From the human T2T-CHM13v2.0 reference genome, Homo sapiens, in assembly GCF_009914755.1 (NCBI RefSeq), contig NC_060940.1: a stretch of DNA of 64,000 nucleotides, one strand, 5' to 3'. The notes under the pieces are model-generated. The model was not told the origin of the DNA and made no database searches. It saw only the letters and a program-made list of their open reading frames with translations. Numbering within the stretch: position 1 is the stretch's first letter; each line of letters begins with the position of its first letter. This document shows positions 34,154 to 52,280 of this stretch, piece after piece. Both the position numbers and the translations under genes were made by a program.

Positions 34154-35499
34154 AATTCTCTTATAAAGGCATTGTACTGTGGCCATGTCCTTTATTCACC
34201 CGCATTTGGATGGGCCAGAGAAGTGGCTCCTACATCTGCCAGACCAGGAAGAGGGCTTGTGGAGGTCATGGCCGCACATCCTGGGTCGGGAAGCCATGGC
34301 CAGGGTCATGAGGAGAGACATTGTTTTGAATAACTAATATGTTCACATGTTTGAGGTATCGGGACAATACAAAAAGGTATACACTGAGAAGGCTTGCTCC
34401 TGCCAGCTTCCTAACCACCTCTGCCCTTTATGGGAAATTACTTTTACTGGCTTCTTGTTTCTTTTCAATATTTTAAAAGTAAATAGGATAATTTAAAGGA
34501 CAGTATAATGGCACAGTAAAAAGGATAATTAAATATGAATACATATCCTTATTTTCTTTCTTCTTTTTTTTTTTTTTGAGACCGGAGTTTTGCTCTTGTC
34601 ACCCAGGCTGGAGTGTGATGGTGCAATCTCAGTTCACTGCAGCCTCCGCCTCCCGGGTTCAAGGAGTTCTCCCGCCTTGCCTCCTGAATAGCTGGGATTA
34701 GAGGCATGTACCACCACGCCCAGCTAATTTTGTATTTTCAGTAGAGATGAGGTCTTATCATGTTGGCCAGGCTTGTCTCAAACTCCTGACCTCAGGTGAC
34801 CCACCCACCTCAGCCTCCCAAAGTGCTGGGATTACAGGCGCCCACCACTACACCCGGCTTCTTCTTTTTCTTATACAAAGAAAACATACACTTCTATATA
34901 CACTGCTTTTTTTCATTTAACATTATATTTTAGTGATCTTTCCATATCACTTCTGTGCATCTTTTTCATGTTCCTGCATTCTTTAAGGTACTGCTTTCTA
35001 CTCCCTTCTTCCTAAAAATCAAGATTAGATTTATCTATGCGCATGAGTTTCATTTCTCACACATTAGTAGAGATGTGTAGGCTTGCTAGGACACAAATAC
35101 ATTTGAGAGGAAATGCTTAGATACTTTCTTAAATCTTCTGCAGACATACTGTGTTGGTGGCTAGAGCACTACACAGACAAGAATAAAGAAACCAGGTATG
35201 TCCCACCAGTCTAAGAACATGTAATTAAAATGACTCACACTTTCCATTGCGGAAGAAACAAAGACCTTTAACTTTATCTTCACCAAATTATATAAGCAGC
35301 TCATCCAAGCTCTCTACTGATGTCATCTTCTCAGTTGGGATCAGAGGAAACATTCTTAATTTGTCACAAACATCTTGTTGGGTCTTTACCAAACTTGAGG
35401 TAATAAAATCTGTTTCTCTTTGCTGATAGTTTCACACTAAAAGCAGTTAGAAACTGACCTCAGAGTGATCAAGGTAAAGGGAAAGCAAGCTCTGTGTTA

Positions 35500-35900
35500 C
35501 TAAGGAATTTTATTTGCAATGACATGCTCCCAATTCAAACAGGCCTTAGCATTAAAAAGGCAGTTTATTATCTCACCTCTCAGAGGGATGGTTCACTGGC
35601 TTGAGGTGTAGCTAGAACCAGGGATCAAATAATAACATCAAAACTCCATCTCTTGGTTTTGTTTTTCTCTGTGTTCTCTCCATGTGATGGCAAAGATGGC
35701 CCCATCTTTGGAGTTGCTTAGCAACTCTAGTGGAAGGAAGAACATCTTTTCTGAGAGCACTAACAAAAGTCCCTGGGAGGTCTCTGGCCTTGCTTGGACT
35801 ACCAAACAGCCCTGCTTGGGCCAGAGAATGGTGAACCTCTGCTTAAACATATGAACAGAAATAGGATTTTACAGAAGTGGAGGAGGGGTGGCTTCCCAAA
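35500..35900. mobile_element. Ancient MaLR LTR fragment (MLT1K-like); a related fragment lies at about 55690-56100
   Basis: caaacagg(c)cttag/aat ... aaagatggcc motifs shared by both loci. Confidence 0.45.
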
Positions 35901-35910
35901 GGCATTTTGA

Positions 35911-36243
<333 letters not shown>

Positions 36244-37894
36244 TGACCCACCCGCCTCAGCTCACAAAGTGCTGGGATTACAGGCGTCAGCCACCATGCC
36301 CAGCCGTGTTTTTCTTTTAAGTAATTTATAGTTAGCACTTATTAAACACCCTCTGGATACCAGATGATTTACATACATTATCACAATCTTCAAAAAGCCC
36401 CCATAAGATAGGTAGTGAAGTTTCCACAGCCACACGACTACCAAGTGGCAGAACTGAGATAATAAGTAAAACTGAAGAAGAATGATGTGGTTGGCAATGT
36501 CAAATCATTTCATGATTTTTTTTTTCTATTTATAATGTGCCTGGGAGGACTCTGGCCTTGCTTGGTGTACCAAACAGCCCCATTTGGAGCAGGGACTGGT
36601 GGGAGGGAGTAGTGAACCTCTTCTTAACCATGTAAATGTAGGATTATACAGAATCCTACAGAATAGGATTAACCATGCTGCATACTAGGGCACAAATACG
36701 AACAAAGTACTATCCTGTCTTCCAGGAGGTTTCCGTCTGGCGGTAAACCAACATGTAAAGAATAATTACAAAGCAATGTTGTAAGTGCTATAGCAGAAGT
36801 CCTGGAACAGAGGCGGGAGTAGCTATCAGCTACAAAACAAACCATTGAAGAAAGCAGCCTTATTTGGAATATCAGTCAATAACAGTGGATTTGTCAATTT
36901 TACCTTTAAAATGTAACATCTAAGTGAAGATTTTAAAAGTTAAAAAAAAAAAGCATATACTCTTCCCCCAAACCCTACTCCTCAAAAAGACACTAGACTT
37001 GTAAAATTGTACAGATGAATTTTATCAAACTAAGGAACCCCTTTCTTAAATTGTTTCAGAGATTAGAAAAGGAATAATTACATTTCTTTTGAGACTTATA
37101 AAATCTCAATGTTTAAAACTTTATAAAGATAGTATAAGAGAAAAAGTTATAGCTTTGTCTCATTTATCAACATAGAAAAATCATATATATATATATTTTA
37201 AAAGAGATGGGGTCTCACTGTCACACAGGCTGGAGTGCTGGGCTGTGATCACAGCTCACTGTAGCTTCGAATTCCTGGGCTCAAGTGATCCTTCCATCTC
37301 AGCTTCATGAGTGGTGCCTGGCCCCCATGTTTAAAATATAACAGCAATGGCATGAAAAATGAACTGGATGACCCATGACTCTATAACGGTTATATATGAA
37401 AAAACAGATCCCTGTATTACACACAAAATAAATTCAAGGTGGATTAAATATCTGAATATGAGACAGCATGGCGGCTCACACCTGTATTGCCAGCACTTTG
37501 GGAGGTCGAAGTGGAAGGATCCCTTGAGGCCAGGAGTTTGAGCCCTGGGCAACGTAGTGAGACACTGTCTCTACAAAAAATTTAAGAATTAGCTGGGCCT
37601 CGTGGTGCAGGCCTATAGTCCCAGCTACTGAGGAGGCTGAAGTGGGAAGCTCAGGTGATGAGCCCAAGGAGTTTAAGGTTGCAGTGAGCTATGATTGTGC
37701 CACTGCACTTCAGCCTGGGTGACCCTGTTGCGAAAAACAAAAACAGGCCACGAACAGTGGCTCATGCCCGTAATCCCAGCACTTTGGGAGGCTGAGGTAT
37801 GTGGATCACTTGAGGTCAGGAGGTCAAGACCAACCTGGTCAACATGGTGAAACCCTGTCTCTACTAAAAATACAAAAATTAGCTGGGCGTGTTA

Positions 37895-38059
<165 letters not shown>

Positions 38060-38377
38060 CTAAAACAAATAGAAGCCACAGACTGGGTAAGAGATATAAT
38101 CAAGACATAATTAATATCCAAAATAAATAAAAGAACTCTTGGAATCAGTAACACAAACCACCTAGGCTGGGTGCTGTGGCTCACACGTGTAAGCCCAGCA
38201 CTTTGGGAGGCTGAGGTGGGTGGATCACTTGGGGTCAGGAGGTCAAGACCAGCCTGGCCAACTTGATGAAACCCTGTCTCTAGGGCCAGGTGTGGTGGCT
38301 TATGCCTGTAATCCCAGCATTTTGGGAGGCCGAGGCAGGCAGATCACAAGGTCAGGAGATCGAGACCATCCTGGCTA

Positions 38378-38829
<452 letters not shown>

Positions 38830-39158
38830 CTATTTGAGATTAGAAAAAGGAATAACCACAAATTCATTTTGAGACTTACCAAATCTCAGTGTTAAAACTT
38901 TATAAAGACAACATGAGGCCATGCACAGTGGCTCATGCCTGTAATCCCATCCCAACACTTTGGGAGGCCAAGGTGGGAGGATCAATTGAGCCCAGGAGTT
39001 TAAGCTTGCAGTGAGTGATGATCGTGCCACTTTACTCCAGCCTGGGTGACAGAGTGAAACCCTGTGTCCAAAGCAAAACAAAACCCACAGAAACAAAAAG
39101 ACAGTGTAAGAGAAAAAAGAAATTATAGATCTCATTTATTAACATAGAAAAATCGTAA

Positions 39159-39326
<168 letters not shown>

Positions 39327-39579
39327 TAGCTCTTTAATTTACCTTGAATTTATTTTATGTATAATTAATATAGGAATCTATTTTTTCATATGTATATAAT
39401 CAATTATTTTGTGTAATTCCTACAAAAGAGAAAACCTAACAGGTCAATAAACAAAATTCTTAACATCACTCAAGACCACTGTTATTGTACCAACTCTAGA
39501 ATGCACCGTTCACAAAGACTAAAATGTGAACAGCACCTCCTAGAGTTGTGTGGTATCTACACTACATTATTGGTGGCCT

Positions 39580-40300
39580 TGTAAAAATCTAAAGGAAACT
39601 ATAGAATATAACTGCATCAAATTGGCCGAAATTAAATTTTCAACAAATGAAATATTGGTGAGGACGTGAAGCATCTAGAATTGTCATAAATGGCTATTTT
39701 GTATGTAAACTGGTACCATCACTTTGGGAAAAAGTTTGACACTGTATCTAGTGAAGTTGAAGGTGCCTGTAATCCATGGCTTAGCAAGTTCCACTTTTAG
39801 TTATATATTCCAGAAATATCCCTACATGTGTACAAGAGACATGTAGAAGAATGATCATTGCAACCTTGTTTGAACAAAAAATTGGAAACCAACTAAATGT
39901 CCACCACAGGAGAATGGAGAGATAATGTGGTATATTTATACAAAGGAATACTATATAGCAGTTGAAATAACTAGAGCCACATGTGCCAACATAAATAAAT
40001 CTCCAAAACAGTACTGATAATGAAAAAAGCAAGAGGCAGTATATTCAGCATGATCCATCTCTATAATAAACTTTAAAAATTTGCAAAACAATTATATTTA
40101 TTGCTTATAGATATAAACTTATGTAATAAAAGTATAAACCACGCAAGGGAATGAAACATCAAATTCAGGATGGTGGTTACCTCATGGAGGGAGGGAAATG
40201 GGATCAGGAAAGGGTAAATGTGGGGTTTCAAACACTAGTCATGTTTTGTCCAAAAAGTAAAAACCTGACGCAAAGACAGCAAAATGTTTACTGTTAATTG
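39580..40300 (+). mobile_element. Old L1 (L1ME-type) 3' fragment
   Basis: gtaaactggtaccatcactttgg, ggaatactatatagcagttgaaa, ttcaggatggtggttacct. Confidence 0.7.
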
Positions 40301-40859
40301 GGTCATGAGTGTTTCTTTTCTTTTCTTTTCTTTTTTTTTAAAGACACAGGGTCTCACTGGGTTGCCCAGGCTGGTCTTGAATTCCTGGGCTCAAACGACC
40401 CTTGCACCTTGGCTTCCTGTAACTTGGATTACAGGCACATATCACCATGCCCAGCTTCATTTTACTTTTATGTTTGAAATATTTAATCACTTTTGTTTTG
40501 TTTTTAAGTTACACCAATGAGAATAGGAATTAGGTCCTTCTCAAAGGAGAGCATCTGGCTGCCTCCATTTCTCACTTCCTCCTCCCTCCTCAGCTCAAGA
40601 TAGGCAAGCTTCTACCCCTCCACTTCTCTGCCCCAGAGTTTGCTAGGCTTACCAAAATAACCTTGTCCCCCGCCCGTGGATACTTGCCACCACACCCAGC
40701 TAATTTTCATTTTTTTTTTTTGTAGCAATGGGGTGTCACTATGTTGCCCAGGTTGGTCTCAAACTCCTGGCCTCAAGGGATCCTCCCCTATACTTTACGT
40801 TACTCTCTCCTGGAAGCTCCTAATTGGCTTTCTCCTGATTTTCCTCTGGTCTCTCAGTC

Positions 40860-41920
40860 ACTCTCGTTTCTATGCTTTTCTACCCGCTCCTGAAGTCTCC
40901 ATTTCCCCAGGGTTCCCTCCTCACCAGTGTCTCCTCTTCTCTATCTGCACATTCTCTGTAGATGATTTCATCTAACCCATGTCTTTAATGATGACTCCAA
41001 AATTTTTATCTCAATGTCATCTCTCTCCTGAGCACTAAACCAGTCCGTGTAAATGCCCACTATGGGCCCTTATCCTGCCAAAATCTTAACCTCTGAAACT
41101 GGGCACATCCCCTGCCTACATCTCCTGGCCCCCCAACACCAGCTTCTCTTCCTGGGTCCCATTTCACGATCCATGGCACAGCGTTCCATTCTGTCACCAA
41201 CACGACAACCTGGGAGTCATCTTCAACCACTCCCTCTTCCACTCCCTGCACTCACCTCGCCCTCTGCCTGTTTCTGAAGTCAGCCCCTCACTGTGGTTCC
41301 TCAAGCCTCTATTGCCTGGGCCTCATCATTTCTCTTGAAGTTACTACAGTAATCCCCCAACTATGGTCACCTCACCACCATCCCTGCTCCTGCAGTCTGT
41401 TCTCCTTGCTACAGCAAAGAGTTATCTTTGTAAAATGTAACTTCATCTTAGCACCCATCTCTCAAAATCACTGAAGTGCAGAGCGGTCAGGATAAAACTA
41501 TTCTCCTTTGCAAGGCACTCAGAGTCCTCCCTGCTGTGACCTCCAGCCTCATCCCCAGCGTCCCCCATACTCCACTAGCCCAGCCATGCTGTGCTCTCAC
41601 CTCTAGCCTTTGATTATGATGTCTCTCCACTGTAAATACCCTTCCCTCTAAACTGTTGCCAAATGTACCCCCAATTCTTTTTGCTTGCTAGCCACTAATA
41701 TTTCCCCTTCACCAGTTGTTTACTAAGAACCCTGCACCCTTCTCCCAGGTTGGGTATTAGACCTTTGTCACAGTCATCCTCACACTGCACTCTTTCACTA
41801 TGAAGTCACTTGCCATCCTCCTTTACTCAGGAGCAACATGAGGACTCTCCCTTATCCTTGTACCCCGGCTGCAGAGCAAAATGCCTGGCACATTGATGGC
41901 ATCTAGGTGTATGACTGCTC
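40860..41920 (-). mobile_element. L2 LINE fragments
   Basis: C/T-rich L2-like sequence ending gcagagcaaaatgcctggcacattgatggcat. Confidence 0.55.
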
Positions 41921-42175
41921 TTACCTGGAACTGAGAGCCTACTTAACAAGCACTGACACATCTTACTTTTGCAGCAGCAGCTGAAACACACTGGCCCCAA
42001 AGAGGGCATGAGACAGGCTTGTGCAATCCCAAAGGTGGCCAGAGGATCTCTTTCAAGGAGAATTTGGAAGGAGGCAATATAAATGTTCTTATTCTCAAAA
42101 GACTCATTCTTCCTTAAACAGAAAAAAGGAAAGCCTTAAAATGTACAACTGATTCCCTTTTTCATCCTTATTTCT

Positions 42176-42885
<710 letters not shown>

Positions 42886-43759
42886 ACCTAAAACCAATCC
42901 TGGTGGCTGACACTGAGGAAGCAAAGCCACAGTTTGGTCGGAGGATCCACATACACCTCTGTGATCGACAGCTTTGCTCCTTCACCTGGAGCTGTTGCTT
43001 CCAGATGTGGGATGGAGCGGTGCAAACACATGTGCAGACACCTGGTGTGCAGCATGACACTCTACAAACATCTGCCCAATAGGCTTCTCCTGAGGACAGT
43101 CATGTTTATTAGCAAAAGCTCTGGAAAATGGGACTAGCAAATTGGAAGGAGTCACTTAGAAGCTGGCAGACAGACGACCTCAGCTGGAGTTTCCTAAGTG
43201 CTAGTCACTGCATGTGTGGTAGACAGCCCTCCTATACCTATCACAACCCCATTGCCAAGTGGGCAGAGCTGCCCTCATTTCAAAGGAGAGGACACTGACA
43301 CTTTGAGAATGAAGTTACCTACCCAACATCACACAACTAGGACATCCTGGTGCCAAAATTCACACTTCGGTCTAATGCCAAAACCCATCTTTATTTTGCT
43401 AGTCCAGACAGTGAGAATTAAAGGGCTGTGTTTAAATGTGGCCCACAGACATGTATATAAATACCTAATTTTCTTGCTTCTCCTGAAAAAATTCTTAAGA
43501 TCTAGCAACAATCAGCTAGAACAACAACAAAAACGGTTCCAGTTCATTCCACCTGCCTTAAGTTTCCTGCTCCTGAAAAGACTGGGTTTGTGACCATCGC
43601 ACCATAGTCTACACACTGTCATTTATTTATTTTTGAGACAGAGTCTCGCTCTGTCACTCAGCTTGGAGTGCAGTGGTGCAATCTCGGCTCACTGCAACCT
43701 CGGCTAACTGCAACCTCCGCCTCCCGGGTTCAAATGATTCTCCTGTCTCAGCCTCCTGA

Positions 43760-44321
<562 letters not shown>

Positions 44322-44459
44322 TGACTTTAAGTGATCTGCCCACCTTGACCTCCCAAAGTGCTTGGATTACAGGTGTGAGCCACCATGCCCGGCCCATTTA
44401 TTTTACAAAATAATTCCCTCAAAGTATATGCAAGCAAAATACTAAGCCACGTGGGCCCT

Positions 44460-45118
<659 letters not shown>

Positions 45119-46031
45119 CTCTCATCTTTCATGAAGGAGGCACAGAGCCGGGCGGCACCACCTACCTGCTTTAGCACAGGTGAGTGAGCACTGTCATCAG
45201 AGCTGGTTTAACTGCACTTGCCACTCCATCACCCCGACTGCCTTCTCCCACTGTCAGCTGGCTTCACAGCCCAGCAGTTACTGACATGTTAGTAAAGAAG
45301 GACATTCACAGTGGCACTGGGTAAGCTGAAGAACAAAAGTACAGCATGAAAATGCCAGCTGAAAAGGCATTCACTGGAGGTCAAAAAGGTTCACAAGAGG
45401 CAGCAATAAACAGGGAAGTTGATGAAACTTTGGGTTGGGGGATGCACGTCCCGAAACTTACATTAAGAAAAGCTCTTTCAATTAACAAAATCGAATTCAG
45501 AGCAAACGGGTGAACTGGACTGAGTGTGCCTCTATTGTTGGGTAAAGCTTAGTAATACTGCCCACAGTATCATTTGCCAGAGATTTCTTGAGAGGTTGCA
45601 CAGAAAGGTCTTGTTGTTGAACTGAAGAAAAATGTTGGGAATGGCTCTGTGATCCTGCCTGTTGTCAGGTTGGTTTCACCAGCAAGGGGCCCACCGTACC
45701 TCTCCTGTGGAGACACTGCTTAGTTTCAATGTGCTTTTCATTCTCTTGGCTGCCTGAGCAAATGGCCATCACTGTTTCCATTGTGAGCTCTTCCCCTTCC
45801 GGAGCTGAGCCCAAGTACAGGGAACATGTGCTGGAGACCAACATTTGGCAGCCTGGGTCCCACTTGGAGTGACTTTCTGCCACTCCCTTTCCTCCCACAG
45901 AGACATTTCCCTGCATTTGGTCACTGAAAAGCAGTGCCGGACAGGCTTGTTCTAAAAGCTGATTCCTAACCCTACTGGCTCATATGAATGAGGGGCAAAA
46001 AATCCATACCCAAATTCAGAGCCCAGGTTAG

Positions 46032-46121
<90 letters not shown>

Positions 46122-48080
46122 TGAGGTCGAGAGTTCGAGACCAGCCTGACCTTCATGGAGAAACCCCATCTCTACTAAAAATACAAAATTAGCCGGGCAT
46201 GGTGGCACATGCCTGTAATCCCAGGTACTCGGGAGGCTGAGGCAGGAGAATCGCTTGAACCCAGGAGGTGGAGGTTGTGGTAAGCCCAGATCACGCCGGT
46301 GTACTCCAGCCTGGACAACAAGAGTGAAACTCTGTCTAAAAAACAAAAAAGTTATTTTCATCCCTCCCTTGTCACCAACATGACTGAGGCCATATGTAGT
46401 CACATCAACAATGGGCAGTTTCCTAGAGAAAATTTCTCTTTGTATTATCTATCCAATTAATAATTTTTATGAGAATCCTACCTAACAGTTGAAAAAAACT
46501 GAGCATCCTAAATGCGAGGATCTAATTTGGTAGGACAGATGAGAAGTTATAAGTAGAGGTTACATACTTTCCCCACATACACATAGAAGTTAGTGGCAGA
46601 ACTGGTACTAGGACACAATTGCTTGAGTATCTAGGCCCAGTTTTATTCTACTACACAAAGTAATAAGGGCTATGTTTTTGTTTTTTTGCATTTTAAATTT
46701 GAGGTATAATTACGTAAAGTACACGAACATTAACGTGTAGACTTAATTTCGACAAATGTTTACACCAATATAATCAACGCTCCAATCAAAACACAGGATG
46801 TTTCCATCTCCCAGAGGGTGCTCCTGTGCCTCTTTCTAACTCAACCGCCTGCTCCCCATCCCCCACCACATCAGGCAATAACCACTCATCTGACATCTAT
46901 CCCTTTTGATTCATTTTGGGTCCCCAGTTTTAAGAAATAAAAATTGAATTCAAACAACTTTGCCTGAAGCCCTTAAATCTTTACAGAATTTTCCTACCAC
47001 TTTTGGACCATAGGTATAAAGATTTGTTTTGGATTCATCTGGATGGTGTTACAGCAAGTCAGTCTCAGCCCCAGTACAGACACGTTTAAGTTTAAAAGGA
47101 TTCACATTTATAGGATGTGAAGGTCAACAATTCTTCAATATGGGGTATTAAAAAAACTACTCTTTCTGGAAAATAAATGTACTTTGTCTAAAATATCTGC
47201 CTCCTTGGCTGTTTCTGTATTCAACCATTCCTTCGGGATAGCCGCCTATGGGAAGAGCTGCTTGAGCTCTTGAAAGTAAGCACTTAGATACTAAGTATTT
47301 TTCCAGTTGGAAGCTGTCTCCTGGTTTCAATAGCTTTTCTGCTGCGGTGGGACTCATTTTAACAGCTCCTCTGGCTTTCCCAGACACCATCTCAGGAGGC
47401 AGTGGCAGTTGAAAAGATAACACTGTCCTAAGCCATTTAACTAGCCAGCAAGGGAAGTGGGTTTTAGGAGCTGGAAAATTTTGGCTAAGGCTTGCTCAGA
47501 ACACTGTCTTAAATCCAAAAAGTCTTGCCAAGGTCCAGGTGGAGGCAGCTTTCCCCCAGCCACAGACACTACCAAATCAGACAGGGCTTGCATTTCTTCC
47601 GACCAGAGGCACTGGCAGCCAGGGTTGGTCATTATCTCCATAGCAGCCTTGTTTCCCCAGACAGTGAGCTCATGCTTGGCGCTGATCAACTCCATAAAAC
47701 AAGGCGTTTAACCCTATGCAGAAATGACTACATGAAACCTATACAATTATTTAAATCAAGCCAAGTTTTGAAAATTATGAAGAAAATACAAATTATGCAA
47801 CACAGTCATAACATTAGAACCCACTTATGGGCACAGAATAAACAGCAATGCTGAAAGTTTAAACTTCCCTGAAAGAGCCAAATTCCAGAAGACAGTAATT
47901 CTGCGGAATTCAGCTGCCTAAAGCAGCTTGTGAGGTTCCTCTTCCCTATGCAACATTGCCTCTACGTGTTTTCTGGTGTTAATGCAGTTTAAGATAGAGA
48001 AATCTTTTTCCACTAATTTTTATTTCATTTAAAAAATTTATTTAAAAAATATAATTAACATGGTTCAAAATTTTAAAAGG

Positions 48081-48342
48081 GTAAAACCAAACACAGCATA
48101 TTCTCACTCATAGGTGGGAACTGAACAATGAGAACACATGGACACAGGAAGGGGAACATCACACTCTGGGGCCTGTTGTGGGGTGGGGGGAGGGGGGAGG
48201 GATAGCATTGGGAGATATACCTAATGCTAGATGACGAGTTAGTGGGTGCAGCGCACCAGCATGGCACATGTATACATATGTAACTAACCTGCACAATGTG
48301 CACATGTACCCTAAAACTTAAAGTATAATAATTAAAAAAAAA
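48081..48342 (+). mobile_element. 5'-truncated young primate L1 3' end (L1PA2/PA3-like, non-Ta)
   Basis: Close match to the L1 3'UTR (gatgacGAGttagtggg, G-rich tract, ccctaaaacttaaagtataata + polyA); TSD aaaatttt(tttt)aaaagg. Confidence 0.92.
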
Positions 48343-49351
48343 ATTTTTTTTAAAAGGTATTCAGTAAAAAGTCTCCCTCCCACTCCTTGGACCCCAGCCA
48401 TCCTTTTTCCTGTTCGATGACTGGTTTCTTGTAAGTCGATTCAGAGATACTTTAGTATATACAAGCTAAACAGTTACATATCTTTCATGCCTTTTTTTTT
48501 TTTGAAACGGAGTTTTGCTCTTGTTGCCCAGCCTGGAGTGCAATGGCCTGATCTTGGCTCACCACAACCTCCGCCTCTCGGGTTCAAGCGATTCTCCTGA
48601 CAGCCTCCCGAGTAGCTGGGATTATAGGCATGCACCACTACGCCCGGCTAATTTTTAATTTTTAGTAGAGACGAGGTTTCTCCATGTTGGCCAGGCTGCT
48701 CCTGAACTCCCAACCTCAGGTGATCCGCCTGCCTCAGTCTCCCAAAGTGCTGGGATTACAGGCATGAGCCACTGCGCCCGGCCTCTTTCATGCTTTTTTA
48801 ATATAAATGGCATGGTTGTAATGCTGTTCTGTGCTTTGCTTTCTTTGGATTCACTGTATTTAGAAACAGAACTTAGAAGATATATTTAAATCAAGCAAAA
48901 TTATATGTTTATTTAATCTTTGACCCAACAATCCCACTTCTAAGACTATCCAAAAGATACAGTGGCAAAAATACAAATTGTTGTATATATGATATGGATT
49001 TATGACTACTGCTAGAGTGAAGAAAAAACCAGGGAGGGGACAAGGATGAAAGACCTCTCTGAGTGTACCTTTCTTCAAAGAAAACTAGTTCTAGCCAGGT
49101 GTGGTAGCTCATGCCTGTAATCCTAGCACTCTGGGAGGCCAAGATGGGAGGATCGTTTGAGGCCAGGAATTAAAGACCAATCTGGCCATCATAGTGAGAC
49201 CCCGTCTCTATTTTTTAAAAAACAAACAAGGGGGCCGGGCGCAGTGGCTCACGCCTGTAATCCCAGCACTTTGGGAGGCCGAGGCGGGCGGATCATGAGG
49301 TCAGGAGATCGAGACCATCCTGGCTAACACGGTGAAACACCGTCTCTACTA

Positions 49352-49597
<246 letters not shown>

Positions 49598-49730
49598 TTA
49601 CATAATTTTTTAAAAGGTATCCCTAAAAACTGAAAGTAAAATTATGTACAGATTTGGAGCAATAACTAGAGAGGAACTATTTCAAGTGACTTAAAAGACA
49701 ATTGTTAGAAGCAGGGTTTCTTAACCTCAG

Positions 49731-49825
49731 CATGACTGACATTTTGAGCCAGATAATTATTTGTGGGGAGTGGGGGTGGGGACAGGGCAGTTGTCCTGTG
49801 CATCATGCGACGTTAGCAGCATCCA
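49731..49825. mobile_element. MER20 DNA transposon fragment
   Basis: cagggtttcttaacctcagcatgactgacattttgagccagataatt. Confidence 0.7.
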
Positions 49826-50109
49826 AGGCTCAGCGAGCTTCTATAATTGGCAACAACTGGCACATACTGCCATACATCATTGCTGGGAGGATTAAGTGCT
49901 GTCTGTGCGACACCACTGGGGGAGTGTTTTAAAATATAGGTTTTAGGTGGCCCGACGTGGTGGCTCATGCCTGTAATCCCAGCACTATGGAAGGCCAAGG
50001 TGGGAAGATCATTTGAGCTCAAGCATTCGAGACTAGCCTGGGCAACACAGCAAGACACCCGTCTCCAAAAAAGTAAGATAAAAAAATATAAAATATAGGT
50101 TTTATTATT

Positions 50110-50825
50110 ATTCAAGTATGGTGAGGGCAATAGATCAGGTGACTGCCATTGACAAGAAAGCTTGTTGTACTTACAGATTCCAAAAGGGGCATGGCACGCC
50201 ACAGGGAGCCACACTGGAAGCCCAGGGTCAGTGAGGAGGTAGAGGGAACGATGGGATCAAGTGGAGTAAGAGCCTTGTGATCTCCATGGGAAGGAAGGGG
50301 CAAGGCCGAGTAAACAGACTGGCGAGTTCGAATAATTTCAGCAGGCTGTGGGGCCTAGGGGCTGTCCCTAGCTTTCTGGTACCTGGCCCTGCGGTGATTA
50401 GGGCAGGTGGATATCCCAGAGTATGGGATATTGGCTCAGAGTATGAGACGTCCTGTAAAGGAGAGATTGGGGTATGGGCTCCAGATTGGTTGGTTTACAT
50501 ATGAAAGGAGCAGTCATAGGTGAGTCATTTACTCTCTCCAGGAATTGGCTAGCCTTGGGAGGAACAATCTCTCCACCGAGTGAGCAAGGCCCCTCCCATG
50601 TCAAAGAATCAAACACGCACGGTTCATATTGAGGGTACAACTGGAAGCTTGTGCTTGTTTTCTGCTGGACTTCGCTCACGCACCTTCTCCGTTTGCTGAT
50701 TTTAATCTGTATCCTTTCACTAAAATAAACAGGAATGATGTGTATAGCAGCTTTTCAGAGTTCTGTGAATCTATCTTGTGAATCATCAAGCATGAGGGTG
50801 GTCTCAGGGACCCCTGACACGGCTG
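50110..50825. mobile_element. ERVL-class LTR fragments (MER76/MER21-like)
   Basis: Recalled similarity only; 3' part ...ttcagagttctgtgaatctatcttgtgaatcatcaagc...ggacccctgacac. Confidence 0.45.
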
Positions 50826-52121
50826 CTAGAACCATCAGGTGGAAGGTTAGTGGGGTACTTTATAATGGAAAAGACCAGACTGACACCACAGACCCCATTG
50901 CTCAGTCACAGCGTGTGGAACCACCAGATGTCACGTTCCTCTCCATATGATGCAAAACAAAGATGCAGAGTCACTCAGGAAGTACTTATGTCAGATCAAC
51001 CGCACCTGAATCTAATCAAGGCTCTTTGTGTAACTGCACATTTTTAGGAAATACTGGGGAGACAGGAACCTTTAAACAACACTGGGAGGAAATGAGCAGT
51101 GAAATACAAAATGTGGGAAATTCTACAGGACAAAAAACCCACCTTTCAACACAGAAAAAAGGGTAACTGTTACAGATTTAAAGAGACAAAAGACCCCATC
51201 AATCAAATGCACAGTGTGGCTCTTATTTAGATCTTAATTTGAACAAATAAACAGTCAAAATACATTTTTGAGACAACATGGGAAAACTGAGCAGACTACA
51301 TATTAGATATTAAGGATATTAATTCTGTTGGGTGAAATACGATGGTTAGGATTTGCTTTAAATGGTCAAAGAAAAAAATATTGGCGGGGACGAGGCAATA
51401 GATCAAACAAGAGCAGCAATAAAGCTGACGTTTGCTAAGTTTGAGTGGTGGTTCAGGGAGTCCACTGTGCTAGTCTATATTTGTGACTAAAAATTTCCAT
51501 AACAAGTTCAAAAAAGAAAATGTATTTAAAAATTAGAAGCAGTTATCAGCCAAATATAGGTTAAGAAACATTAGTAAAATAAAAATCCTTTCACTTGCCG
51601 TTAAAAATAAAAAACAGTAAAAACACATTTTATAAATATATGAAATCTGAGAGCCTGCCAAGATTGCAGAGATGTGATTGTAAGGCACAGATGAGATTTT
51701 AAACCTGGGTTTTTAGAGATTAAAATAAAATGTAGGATGGTTTAAGCACCTACTTTTAGCTCTTGAGAAAACAGGTACAGTCCAAAGTGAAGCTGCCTTT
51801 AGTCTCTAGCCTTCATGTTTTTTTTCTAGTCTCTATTCTGAAGTCTAAATTTGTTGGTTTTTTTGGGGGGTGAAAATTTAACATAAAATTTAGGCATAAA
51901 AAACATTATCCTTTTACGTTTTAATATAAGTCTTTATCCTTTAAACTAAGATCTCATAAGAGAGAGACGCATCATCCTTTAGATAAAAGCTCCCGACAGC
52001 CCAGGTGTCCCAGCTGCTGTCATAATGTAAGATTTGGGGCCAGGCAAAAGAAACTGATTAAAGCAGAATACTGGAGATCCTGGCCTTCAAGTAGTGATAT
52101 TTTTGCTTTTTTTTTTTTTGA

Positions 52122-52280
<159 letters not shown>

